A DNA stretch of 64,000 nt, from the NCBI RefSeq assembly GCF_039654945.1, contig NW_027361677.1, forward strand, positions 19,096,001-19,160,000, given 5' to 3'. This document shows, one piece after another, positions 52,060-64,000 of the stretch; position 1 is the stretch's first letter; each line of letters starts with the position of its first letter. The notes under the pieces were generated by a model. That model did no database searches. It was not told where the DNA came from and saw only the letters and a list, made by a program, of their open reading frames with translations. The translations under genes were made by a program, and so were the position numbers. The stretch comes from Dendrobates tinctorius (lineage: Eukaryota).

Positions 52060-53639
52060 TAGATCTCTACTTTACAATCTAAGCTCAGCGCTGTGTATTC
52101 TTCTAATTAGGACTGGTGACAAGTTCCTGAAACTCCGCACTCCATGGACTAGAACCAGATGCCTGTGTGATCATTAACCCACTTCGCACATCTTTGGGGA
52201 CCGTTCCTTTCTACGACTCTGATGCAATTCGTTAAACAGAGGGACAAGCTCATCACTGAGACGATCCTCTTAATTAGGGATTTTCAAGCTCCGCTGCTAC
52301 ATCTGATTGGTGTGTTACATGACTGCGGGGACACATCCTCATTGCTTCCATGTCTTTCTTTACGGATTACTAATATATTGAAATTTTGCATCTGAAACAT
52401 TTGCCCCTGGCCCAGAATGAGGACTGGTCCCACTTAGGTCAGTGCAGATTATTACGTGACTGTGGTGGCCATCATAAATTATCATCTCTTCCAGATGAAA
52501 GAAAATTATTCACAGCTCAGTGCCATCTAATAGTGCGTGATAACAACCAGTTAATAGATTGGCAGAGCGTCTGCGGCAGATTGCTTACCAATCGATGGCC
52601 CGCTGTTATAGCTGTACACGAGTGCTTTTCTTAATAGGGGGTCCTAACGCAGTAATCTGTGTCCGCCAACACGATGTGCTTGTACATCCATCAGCCATAA
52701 CATTACAGGAATGGTTCCCGATCCAGTCCTGGATTCGTGGAGCAGTCCCGGAAAGTCAGTGTAATGTTCCGCTTTAAACCGTATTAATGTCTTTACAATA
52801 CAGATGAATGTAAAGGTGGATCGCCACCATTCACCTGTGCCAACACAATATCACCCCTGCTGTGGGGGCCACACAGCACAGGGCGGAGGTCTGCTTCACT
52901 CATCATGGGAATGTGGATGAGTGAGTATATCTATGACCGTGGGGTGAAAGGGCAACATACTTGGGGATGGGGGCTGTAACGGGGTCTACCCAAGCTGGGG
53001 TACCTCTTTCAGTACCACCCCGTGTTTCCGGAAGTCCGCTCTGCGTTGGCTGGAGTCTGAATGAATGACGCTGGCTGGAATTCCTTGGTTACATGGGCGC
53101 ATATAAAAGATCACTGCTTCTCCACGTATTTCCAGTCTGACATCACTTTACTCACAGGACACAGAATATATCACACAGAAACAGAGGGCAGGCCAATAGA
53201 AAAGCGGCAGGCCAGACATGCTTTACAAAAGCCGCAGGTGGCCGGAGCCTGCTGATGTTTACAGTGGGAATTACAAAGGTGGGGGGAGGGCGGACAAAAG
53301 GAGAATATCGTGTCCCCTCTGCCCAGGGGCGCAGCCTGTGGGCTGATGCATTAGGGACATGCATCTCACATAGAACCTATTATACATACATATAGCTGCA
53401 CAACATATTCTGGGTGCTGAGTGGTTCTGTAACACGTAACGGGCTATTTACTATGTGAGAGTAATGCGGGCACTATGGGGCTATCATACTGATTGTGGGG
53501 CACTATGGGGCATTTTATTGTGGGGGCCATTCAAGTATCACACTGGGGGCATCACACTGCGTGGGCGATTGTGAGCACTATAGTGACATAATACTGTGGA
53601 AGACATAATACTTCATGTGTGGGCCATCATACTGTGTGA

Positions 53640-55565
53640 AGGCCATTGGAGGCACTGTGGGGCATCACACTGTGTGTTTGGGCCATTGGGCACTGTGGGG
53701 CATCACACTGTGTCTTTGGGCCATTGGGCACTGTGGGGCATCACACTGTGTGTGTGGGCCATTGGGCACTGTGGGGCATCACACTGGGTGCTTGAGCCAT
53801 TGGGCACTGTGGGGCATCACACTGTGTGTTTGGGCCATTGGGCACTGTGGGGCATCACACTGTGTGTTTGGGCCATTGGGCACTGTGGGGCATCACACTG
53901 TGTGTTTGGGCCATTGGGCACTGTGGGGCATCATACTGTGTTTGGGCCATTGGGCACTGTGGGGCATCATACTGTGTGTTTGGGCCATTGGGCACTGTGG
54001 GGCATCATACTGTGTGTTTGGGCCATTGGGCACTGTGGGGCATCATACTGTGTGTTTGGGCCATTGGGCACTGTGGGGCATCATACTGTGTGTTTGGGCC
54101 ATTGGGCACTGTGGGGCATCACACTGGGTGCTTGAGCCATTGGGCACTGTGGGGCATCACACTGTTTGGGCCATTGGGCACTGTGGGGCATCATACTGTG
54201 TGGGCCATTGGGCACTGTGGGGCATCACACTGTGTGTTTGGGCCATTGGGCACTGTGGGGCATCACACTGTGTGTTTGGGCCATTGGGCACTGTGGGGCA
54301 TCACACTGTGTGTGTGGGCCATTGGGCACTGTGGGGCATCACACTGGGTGCTTGAGCCATTGGGCACTGTGGGGCATCACACTGTGTGTTTGAGCCATTG
54401 GGCACTGTGGGGCATCATACTGTGTGTTTGGGCCATTGGGCACTGTGGGGCATCATACTGTGTGTTTGGGCCATTGGGCACTGTGGGGCATCATACTGTG
54501 TGTTTGGGCCATTGGGCACTGTGGGGCATCACACTGTGTGTGTGGGCCATTGGGCACTGTGGGGCATCACACTGGGTGCTTGAGCCATTGGGCACTGTGG
54601 GGCATCACACTGTTTGGGCCATTGGGCACTGTGGGGCATCATACTGTGTGTTTGGGCCATTGGGCACTGTGGGGCATCATACTGTGTGTTTGGGCCATTG
54701 GGCACTGTGGGGCATCACACTGTGTTTGGGCCATTGGGCACTGGGGCATCACTGTGTTTGGGCCATTGGGCACTGTGGGGCATCACACTGTGTGTGTGGG
54801 CCATTGGGCACTGTGGGGCATCACACTGGGTGCTTGAGCCATTGGGCACTGTGGGGCATCACACTGTGTGTTTGGGCCATTGGGCACTGTGGGGCATCAT
54901 ACTGTGTGTGGGCCATTGGGCACTGTGGGGCATCACACTGTGTGTTTGGGCCATTGGGCACTGTGGGGCATCACACTGTGTGTGGGCCATTGGGCACTGT
55001 GGGGCATCACATTGGGTGCTTGAGCCATTGGGCACTGTGGGGCATCACACTGTGTGATTGGGCACTGTGGGGCATCATACTGTGTGTGGGCCATTGGGCT
55101 CTGTGGGGCATCATACTGTGTGTTTGGGCCATTGGGCACTGTGGGGCATCACTGTGTGTTTGGGCCATTGGGCACTGTGGGGCATCACTGTGTGTTTGGG
55201 CCATTGGGCACTGTGGGGCATCACACTGTGTGTTTGGGCCATTGGGCACTGTGGGGCATCACACTGTGTGTTTGGGCCATTGGGCACTGTGGGGCATCAC
55301 ACTGTGTGTGTGGGCCATTGGGCACTGTGGGGCATCACACTGGGTGCTTGAGCCATTGGGCACTGTGGGGCATCATACTGTGTGTGTGGGCCATTGGGCA
55401 CTGTGGGGCATCACACTGGGTGCTTGAGCCATTGGGCACTGTGGGGCATCATACTGTGTGTGTGGGCCATTGGGCACTGTGGGGCATCACACTGGGTGCT
55501 TGAGCCATTGGGCACTGTGGGGCATCATACTGTGTGTGTGGGCCATTGGGCACTATGGAGCATCA
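53640..55565. repeat. 38-bp minisatellite (GGGCCATTGGGCACTGTGGGGCATCACACTGTGTGTTT), about 50 copies
   Basis: Tandem array; degenerate precursor units at 53465-53640. Confidence 0.97.
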
Positions 55566-55597
55566 TACTTCTGTGTGAGCTCCGCTATTGTTCGATG

Positions 55598-55611
55598 CCG
55601 CCATCTGCTGG
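55598..55611 (-). promoter_or_regulatory. Candidate CTCF site
   Basis: Minus strand CCAGCAGATGGCGG, full match to the core consensus. Confidence 0.5.
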
Positions 55612-55714
55612 TCGGAGCTGCTGCACAATTTCTGTGACAAGAGAAGCTGTTCTATAACCAGAGGAGAGAAGCCCAGAATTGCTCCCAATGAAATGTACCT
55701 TATGTATTTGTATG

Positions 55715-56041
55715 TAGAGTTGAGCGACTTTAGTCGGATCGGGTTTCATGAAACAAAATTTGTTTCAGATTAAACTGGTCCGACTAGGGCAAAAAAAGAA
55801 GGTTGGAGTTTCGTCCGAAACCCGACCCCAATGCAAGTCAATGGGGAATAAAAGTCGGCATTGAGCCGATGACATTCATCCACTCAATGCCGAATTTTAT
55901 TCCCCATTGACTTGCATTGGGGTCGGGTTTCGGACGAAACTCCGACTTTTTTTTTCCTTAGTCGGACCAGTTTCATCCGACTCAAATTTTGTTTCATTCG
56001 GGTTTCGCGAAACCCGATCCGACCAAAGTCGCTCAACTCTA
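55715..56041. mobile_element. Palindromic hAT MITE
   Basis: TIR TAGAGTTGAGCGACTTT / AAAGTCGCTCAACTCTA; perfect 8-bp TSD TTTGTATG (55707-55714 / 56042-56049). Confidence 0.9.
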
Positions 56042-56379
56042 TTTGTATGTGTGTAGTGAGTGGCTATATGCATGACAGTATTGTGCGTGCATGTATGTAG
56101 TATGTGCATCCAGTATATGTGCACAGAGTACAGGGATGCAATTCTGGGACCCCACTGAAGAACAAGCTGAAGAGCCATGTTACGGGGCTGTTGAGTCGCA
56201 GTGTTTTAGGTTTCTTCTCTTAGTCACCTCCACAGTTCATAAGATCTGTCACACCAGACACACAGGAAAGGAGGAAACGTCCCACGGCGACCCCTCCAGC
56301 CAAGCCCAAGGTTAGGGCTCTGGACCCCGAGTGCAGGGCGCAGCGGAGGAGCTCAGTCTCCATCCATTGTCTGTGGGAC

Positions 56380-59300
56380 AGCTGGAAAATCACATCTCCC
56401 AGCATTCTGACAGCAGTGAGGGCATGCTGGGAGTTGTAGTTTTGCAGCAGTCGGAGAGTCACATCTCACAGCATTCGATGACCGCTGTGAGGGCATGCTG
56501 GGAGTTGTAGTTTTGCAGCAGCCTGGGAGTCACATTTCACAGCATTCGATGACAGCAGTGAGGGCATGCTGGGAGTTGTAGTTTTGCAGCAGTCGGAGAG
56601 TCACATCTCACAGCATTCGATGACCGCTGTGAGGGCATGCTGGGAGTTGTAGTTTTGCAGCAGCCTGGAAGTCACATCTCCCAGCATTCTATGACCGCAT
56701 TGAGGGCATGCTGGGAGTTGTAGTTTTGATGCAGTCGGAGAGTCACATCTCACAGCATTCGATGACCGCTGTGAGGGCATGCTGGGAGTTGTAGTTTTGC
56801 AGCAGCCTGGAAGTCACATCTCCCAGCATTCTATGACCGCATTGAGGGCATGCTGGGAGTTGTAGTTTTGATGCAGTCGGAGAGTCACATCTCACAGCAT
56901 TCGATGACCGCTGTGAGGGCATGCTGGGAGTTGTAGTTTTGCAGCAGCCTGGAAGTCACATCTCCCAGCATTCTATGACCGCATTGAGGGCATGCTGGGA
57001 GTTGTAGTTTTGCAGCAGTCGGAGAGTCACATCTCACAGCATTCGATGACCGCTGTGAGGGCATGCTGGGAGTTGTAGTTTTGCAGCAGCCTGGGAGTCA
57101 CATTTCACAGCATTCGATGACAGCAGTGAGGACATGCTGGGAGTTGTAGTTTTGCAGCAGTCGGAGAGTCACATCTCACAGCATTCGATGACCTCTGTGA
57201 GGGCATGCTGGGAGTTGTAGTTTTGCAGCAGCCTGGGAGTCACATCTCCCAGCATTCTATGACCGCATTGAGGGCATGCTGGGAGTTGTAGTTTTGCAGC
57301 AGTCGGAGAGTCACATCTCACAGCATTCGATGACCGCTGTGAGGGCATGCTGGGAGTTGTAGTTTTGCAGCAGCCTGGGAGTCACATTTCACAGCATTCG
57401 ATGACAGCAGTGAGGACATGCTGGGAGTTGTAGTTTTGATGCAGTCGGAGAGTCACATCTCACAGCATTCGATGACCGCTGTGAGGGCATGCTGGGAGTT
57501 GTAGTTTTGCAGCAGCCTGGGAGTCACATCTCACAGCATTCGATGACCGCTGTGAGGGCATGCTGGGAGTTGTAGTTTTGCAGCAGCCTGGGAGTCACAT
57601 TTCACAGCATTCGATGACAGCAGTGAGGACATGCTGGGAGTTGTAGTTTTGATGCAGTCGGAGAGTCACATCTCACAGCATTCGATGACCGCTGTGAGGG
57701 CATGCTGGGAGTTGTAGTTTTGCAGCAGCCTGGGAGTCACATTTCACAGCATTCGATGACAGCAGTGAGGACATGCTGGGAGTTGTAGTTTTGATGCAGT
57801 CGGAGAGTCACATATCACAGCATTCGATGACCGCTGTGAGGGCATGCTGGGAGTTGTAGTTTTGCAGCAGCCTGGGAGTCACATCTCCCAGCATTCTATG
57901 ACCGCATTGAGGGCATGCTGGGAGTTGTAGTTTTGCAGCAGTCGGAGAGTCACATCTCACAGCATTCGATGACCGCTGTGAGGGCATGCTGGGAGTTGTA
58001 GTTTTGCAGCAGCCTGGGAGTCACATTTCACAGCATTCGATGACAGCAGTGAGGACATGCTGGGAGTTGTAGTTTTGATGCAGTCGGAGAGTCACATCTC
58101 ACAGCATTCGATGACCGCTGTGAGGGCATGCTGGGAGTTGTAGTTTTGATGCAGTCGGAGAGTTGCATCTCACAGCATTCGATGACCGCTGTGAGGGCAT
58201 GCTGGGAGTTGTAGTTTTGCAGCAGCCTGGAATTCACATTTCACAGCATTCGATGACAGCAGTGAGGACATGCTGGGAGTTGTAGTTTTGATGCAGTCGG
58301 AGAGTCACATCTCACAGCATTCGATGACAGCAGTGAGGACATGCTGGAAGTTGTAGTTTTGCAGCAGTCGGAGAGTCACATCTCACAGCATTCGATGACC
58401 GCTGTGAGGGCATGCTGGGAGTTGTAGTTTTGCAGCAGCCTGGGAGTCACATCTCCCAGCATTCGATGACAGCAGTGAGGACATGCTGGGAGTTGTAGTT
58501 TTGCAGCAGTCGGAGAGTCACATCTCACAGCATTCGATGACAGCAGTGAGGACATGCTGGGAGTTGTAGTTTTGCAGCAGTCGGAGAGTCACATCTCACA
58601 GCATTCGATGACCGCTGTGAGGGCATGCTGGGAGTTGTAGTTTTGCAGCAGCCTGGGAGTCACATTTCACAGCATTCTATGACAGCAGTGAGGACATGCT
58701 GGGAGTTGTAGTTTTGATGCAGTCGGAGAGTCACATATCACAGCATTCGATGACCGCTGTGAGGGCATGCTGGGAGTTGTAGTTTTGCAGCAGCCTGGGA
58801 GTCACATCTCCCAGCATTCTATGACCGCATTGAGGGCATGCTGGGAGTTGTAGTTTTGCAGCAGTCGGAGAGTCACATCTCACAGCATTCGATGACCGCT
58901 GTGAGGGCATGCTGGGAGTTGTAGTTTTGCAGCAGCCTGGGAGTCACATTTCACAGCATTCGATGACAGCAGTGAGGACATGCTGGGAGTTGTAGTTTTG
59001 ATGCAGTCGGAGAGTCACATCTCACAGCATTCGATGACCGCTGTGAGGGCATGCTGGGAGTTGTAGTTTTGATGCAGTCGGAGAGTCACATCTCACAGCA
59101 TTCGATGACCGCTGTGAGGGCATGCTGGGAGTTGTAGTTTTGATGCAGTCGGAGAGTCACATCTCACAGCATTCGATGACCGCTGTGAGGGCATGCTGGG
59201 AGTTGTAGTTTTGCAGCAGCCTGGGATTCACATTTCACAGCATTCGATGACAGCAGTGAGGACATGCTGGGAGTTGTAGTTTTGATGCAGTCGGAGAGTC

Positions 59301-60345
59301 ACATCTCACAGCATTCGATGACAGCAGTGAGGACATGCTGGAAGTTGTAGTTTTGCAGCAGTCGGAGAGTCACATCTCACAGCATTCGATGACCGCTGTG
59401 AGGGCATGCTGGGAGTTGTAGTTTTGCAGCAGCCTGGGAGTCACATCTCCCAGCATTCTATGACCGCATTGAGGGCATGCTGGGAGTTGTAGTTTTGCAG
59501 CAGTCGGAGAGTCACATCTCACAGCATTCGATGACCGCTGTGAGGGCATGCTGGGAGTTGTAGTTTTGCAGCAGCCTGGGAGTCACATTTCACAGCATTT
59601 GATGACAGCAGTGAGGACATGCTGGGAGTTGTAGTTTTGATGCAGTCGGAGAGTCACATCTCACAGCATTCGATGACCGCTGTGAGGGCATGCTGGGAGT
59701 TGTAGTTTTGCAGCAGCCTGGGAGTCACATTTCACAGCATTCGATGACAGCAGTGAGGACATGCTGGGAGTTGTAGTTTTGATGCAGTCGGAGAGTCACA
59801 TCTCACAGCATTCGATGACCGCTGTGAGGGCATGCTGGGAGTTGTAGTTTTGATGCAGTCGGAGAGTCACATCTCACAGCATTCGATGACCGCTGTGAGG
59901 GCATGCTGGGAGTTGTAGTTTTGCAGCAGCCTGGGAGTCACATCTCCCAGCATTCTATGACAGCATTGAGGGCATGCTGGGAGTTGTAGTTTTGATGCAG
60001 TCGGAGAGTCGCATCTCCCAGCATTCTATGACAGCATTGAGGGCATGCTGGGAGTTGTAGTTTTGCAGCAGTCGGAGAGTCACATCTCCCAGCATTCGAT
60101 GACCGCTGTGAGGGCATGCTGGGAGTTGTAGTTTTGATGCAGTCGGAGAGTCACATCTCCCAGCTTTCTATGACAGCAGTGAGAGCATGCTGGGAGTTGT
60201 AGTTTTGATGCAGTCGGAGAGTCACATCTCCCAGCATTCTATGACAGCAGTGAGAGCATGCTGGGAGTTGTAGTTTTGATGCAGTCGGAGAGTCACATCT
60301 CCCAGCATTCTAGGACAGCAGTGAGGGCATGCTGGGAGTTGTAGT
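56380..60345. repeat. 71-bp satellite, about 56 copies, each carrying a ZNF143/Staf-type motif
   Basis: Unit GAGGGCATGCTGGGAGTTGTAGTTTTGCAGCAGTCGGAGAGTCACATCTCACAGCATTCGATGACCGCTGT, with alternating unit variants. Confidence 0.97.
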
Positions 60346-62039
60346 GCAGCAGCTTCAGCCCCGCTGGAGACCACTGCACCCATAGGACATGTGGCGGAGT
60401 GCTGCGTGTTTCTCCCCATCCCACATGCTATGAACCTGCGGTGAAGCCCCCAGAGGTGAGATGTGTGAGAACACTGAGGCCCCTCTTATCAATGTTAATT
60501 GAATTCACCACCTGGACCGAGCGCCAGTGTGATGGGAAACCCTATATTCCTACATTATCCCCATAAATACCAGCTCGGCCCCCAGTGACACAGGCAGCCG
60601 TCTCTTATTATAGATATATATATATATATATATATATATTTTTGCTGTTGAGCAGCGACCGGTTCATTTGCTCTGGGAAGAACCCGAGACGCTGAAATCA
60701 ATGCAAATCCACTGAGAGGTAATAAAAGATTAGATTTAATAGCCATATGAGTGAGGAAATAAGGATCGCCTGCAGAGCGCAGCGCAGACAGTGAGAACTG
60801 CGCCCAACGGGACGGGAATTGTGATGGAGATTTTAGAAGGGGCTGCGTGAATGATACTCTTGGGGGGGACGCTTTGGGTTTGACCCTGTCATTGCCAAAA
60901 CTGGGGCTGATACGTGGACGTGGGTTGTCGCCTATTGTTCTTTATTTAGTCAAAAGAATGAGGAAATTACTTAAGTAACAAATATTCAAAGAAGGATTAA
61001 AGGTCGAGCAAATAGATATTATTTACTAAAACCAAAATACCTGTCACTTCCCATAAATATATTATGTTTTTTTTTACTTGGTGTAAATCCTGCTTTTCTC
61101 CTGAATCCGGCGATGTTTTTCTTTTCTTCCTGCACCTCTCCGTTCCTGAGATATGGCCATATTGTCCCTTTATATGGTCTTTTAGCCAAGTAGGCGTGGT
61201 CATCAAGAACACACCCATGAGGAGCATTGTGCACTACGCCCACTTAGTAGCAAAGTTAGATTTACATGCAGATAAGAGTGGGCCATATTTCATCACTTTC
61301 CCAGAAGCCGTGCCCCTCTTGCCCGCAGGTAGTGTCTGGTATTTCAGGTCAGCTCCATCCATCTATAGAATTGTCCTGCTTCGTGAACACAAAGAAAGCA
61401 ATTAGAAAAAGAGAACGTTATAAGGGAATTGCCCTTTAGGCGATTGCCTAAAGCTGAGCTTTCTGCGATAATCGATAGGTTTAATCGTCCATAAATTACC
61501 ATTGAAATCTGCGGGAAATGTGCAGGATTGGCTCAATTATATTAGGGAATTGCTACATAAGCAGTTGCCCAATGTCTTCTCATAGGGAAGTAGAGATAAA
61601 AGATTCGCAGGTCACTGGTCCGGCGACCGTGTCCTGCAAACCTCGACGTCGTCTTTTCTGATTAGTAGGGCGACGTTACATGGTAACACGTGCATGTCTT
61701 TGCGGTTGGCTATAGGAGGTGTTGGGGATGTTGCAGGAGGTAGGAAGTTTGCAAGAGGTCAAGGGCTTACAATGTGACCACTGGACCAGAGTCTTGCAAA
61801 TCTGAGCAAAGGGGAAGGGGAAACCCGTATTAAGGATATATTCTCCCCTATATCCACCTTTCTATAGGTGCCACTTTGGCACGGAGCAGTAATACAGCCA
61901 TGGGCATGAGCATTCGGCACTGGGTATAATGAGAAGAGGCTTGTTGGGGGTGATCGGCCGTGCAGGGAAGCCTGGCAGTGAAGGGGTTAGTGTAGGAGAG
62001 GGCTCCGTCTATGGGTATACTGCGCAAAGTGCAAGCTGT

Positions 62040-62125
62040 GCCATAGTCTGAGGAATACAGAGCCAGATAGCGAGCAGGCTACTCTGCACAGATCAGCTCT
62101 CGGACCACCACTCCCAGGACAGCAG
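62040..62125 (+). other. Candidate non-coding first exon of the next gene (CPNE7 expected by synteny)
   Basis: GC-rich segment ending in a strong donor CAG|GTGAGA, followed by G-rich intron-like DNA. No copine coding sequence is in the window. Confidence 0.3.
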
Positions 62126-63379
62126 GTGAGAGCCAAGAATGCCCAACCTGGGCACCCTGAGCCCTATTCTGCCAGTGGGCACAGGGTATGCTGGGGGGCA
62201 GGAGGGAAAAGGGACCAAAATCTACACTTGGAGGGTTAAAGACCTTTTTTATGTGCAGAAGATGCAAAGAGGAGGTTTGAGGTTTCTTCTAAACCTCAAG
62301 GAAATGAACAAAAGGAGTTGTTTCCCATGTGAGAGGGGGATTTGCCTGAATTTGGAGAGAAGTGGCTTAAGATGTGGGAAGGAGAAGCCTCGGGGTGGGG
62401 ACTTTGCAGGATGTTATGGGGTGAAGAAGTAACGAGTGTGGGGGTTGTATTGTGTCGGTGGGCTTGGAGGCTCCGTAGAGATGGGGCGAGGAGGACAAGC
62501 CCTCAATGCTGCATGGGGAGGAGGGGGTGAGTGGCAAAATCCTGGGGTGAACTGCAAAGATTTGGGGTGCATGTTAGTTAAGCGTTTGCACAGGGAGGTG
62601 AAAGTAAGTGATGAGGTACAGAAAGAAAGAAGGGAATAATGGGGGACAGTATGTGGTGAGAGTGAGAGGAAGGGTAAGGGGTGGTGTAACCCAGGAGGTA
62701 AAGAGGCTGGAAAAGGAGTAAGGCATGAAAAGAGAGATGGAGAAAAGTGGAGCTCAGCATGGAGTGAGGGTAAGTAGATATAGCATCAAGATGAGGGTAA
62801 GAAGTGGGGTTCATCAATAGATAAGAGGAAGTTAGAAACTGGGGTGCAAACTGAGTAAGAAGAGGGTTCACACATCATGTCAGATTGGGGGACAGTACGA
62901 AAAAGAGGTAGCAGTGATAACCCGGGAGTAGGGATAAGAGAGATGTCAGCGCCCCCAAGAGCTGAGAGCTATGGGGGTACAGTGGGGTTCAACGTAACAG
63001 GACAACGATTATTGTCAGATGTGGGGTACAGCATAATATCACAGAGGATAATGAAGTGGGGTGCATCTTAAGATTAGGCAGAGATGGACATTCAGATGCA
63101 ACATGAGATTAGGGAGATGAGTAAGAATTGGGGTGCAGCTTAGGGAGATGAGACATTCTAGGTAAGGCATGAGATGTGAGAGAGGAAAAGATAAGCATTA
63201 GATGACGGGGATGAAAAGTGGGGGACTGTATGGTGGGATTGTGATTAAAGTGGGGCGCAGAACTGATTGAAAGGTTTCTGAAGAAGGGAAACATACGATG
63301 AGAGATCGTAAACATACGATAGAGAAGTGAGCCAGAGCGTGAAACTAAAAAATTAGAATTATTGGGATCCAACATGGAG

Positions 63380-64000
63380 GGAGGGAGATTAGTGGGGTGC
63401 AGTACAGGATGAGGGTGATTAGTGGGGTGCAGCATGAAAGGAGGGAGGTTGAGGTGTAGCATGAGAAGAATGGTGTGCAGTACATAATGAGAGAGATTAG
63501 TAGTGGGGTGCAGTTCAGGATGAGGGAGATTAGTGAGGAGTAGTATAGGATGAGAGCTTAATGGGGTGCAGCATGGGATGAGGGCGATTAGTGGAGAGCA
63601 GCATGGGATGTGAGAGATTAATGGGGTGCAGCATGGGATGAGGGCGATTAGTGGAGAGCAGCATGGGATGTGAGAGATTAATGGGGTGAAGCATGAGATG
63701 AAGATTAGTGGGGTGCAGTACAGTATAAAAGATATTTGTGGTGCAGCACGGGATGAGGGAGATTAATGGGGAGCAGCATGGCATTAGGAGGATTAGTGGA
63801 GTGCAGCATGGGATGTGGGAGATTAATGGGATGAGGGAGATTAGTGGGGTGCAGCATGGGATGTGGGAGATTAATGGGGTGCAGCATAGGATGAAGGAGA
63901 TTAGTGGGGTGCAGTACAGGGTAAGATTTTTGGGGTACAGCACGGGATGAGGGAGATTATTGGGGTGCAGCATGGGATGTGGGAGATTAATGGGGTGCAC
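63380..64000. repeat. Degenerate 30-bp G-rich minisatellite (GGGAGATTAGTGGGGTGCAGCATGGGATGA), runs off window
   Basis: Tandem units; 10-aa periodicity in the antisense ORF. Confidence 0.9.

Noticed and set aside
52043-52062. REST/RE1 site (TCAGCACC...)
   Set aside because: Only the left half-site is present and GGACAG is absent; a CTCF core fits better.
53596-55657. His/Trp/Cys-rich ORFs up to 533 aa
   Set aside because: Translations of the 38-bp minisatellite; open in all frames.
56380-60345. CRISPR-like appearance (constant motif plus variable interval)
   Set aside because: The intervals are homologous variants of one sequence rather than unique spacers. There are no cas genes and the context is vertebrate.

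Overview
Vertebrate genomic DNA, most likely an anuran (frog), judging from the repeat landscape of Harbinger/Tourist, Kolobok-T2, hAT and piggyBac MITEs, DIRS1 and V-SINE. The window holds the conserved ANKRD11-SPG7-RPL13-CPNE7 synteny block. Directly supported: a complete 17-exon SPG7/paraplegin gene (+, CDS 11327-30320, 769 aa) and a complete RPL13 gene (+, 5'TOP exon plus 5 coding exons, 211 aa) that hosts two SNORD68-type C/D snoRNAs. A CpG-island first exon on the minus strand (about 4759-5250) is probably ANKRD11. A candidate first exon near 62125 may belong to CPNE7. Both of these names rest on synteny only. About a quarter of the window is minisatellite, and several arrays are built from functional-looking motifs: about 56 ZNF143/Staf sites, about 45 CCAAT boxes, and about 17 splice acceptors followed by a donor. 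Decayed L1, L2, DIRS1, Tc1, hAT, piggyBac and solo-LTR elements are also present, along with a Penelope-type minimal hammerhead ribozyme remnant and one orphan 179-aa ORF. No prokaryote-type system such as CRISPR is present. The long Cys/Pro-rich ORFs are repeat artefacts.
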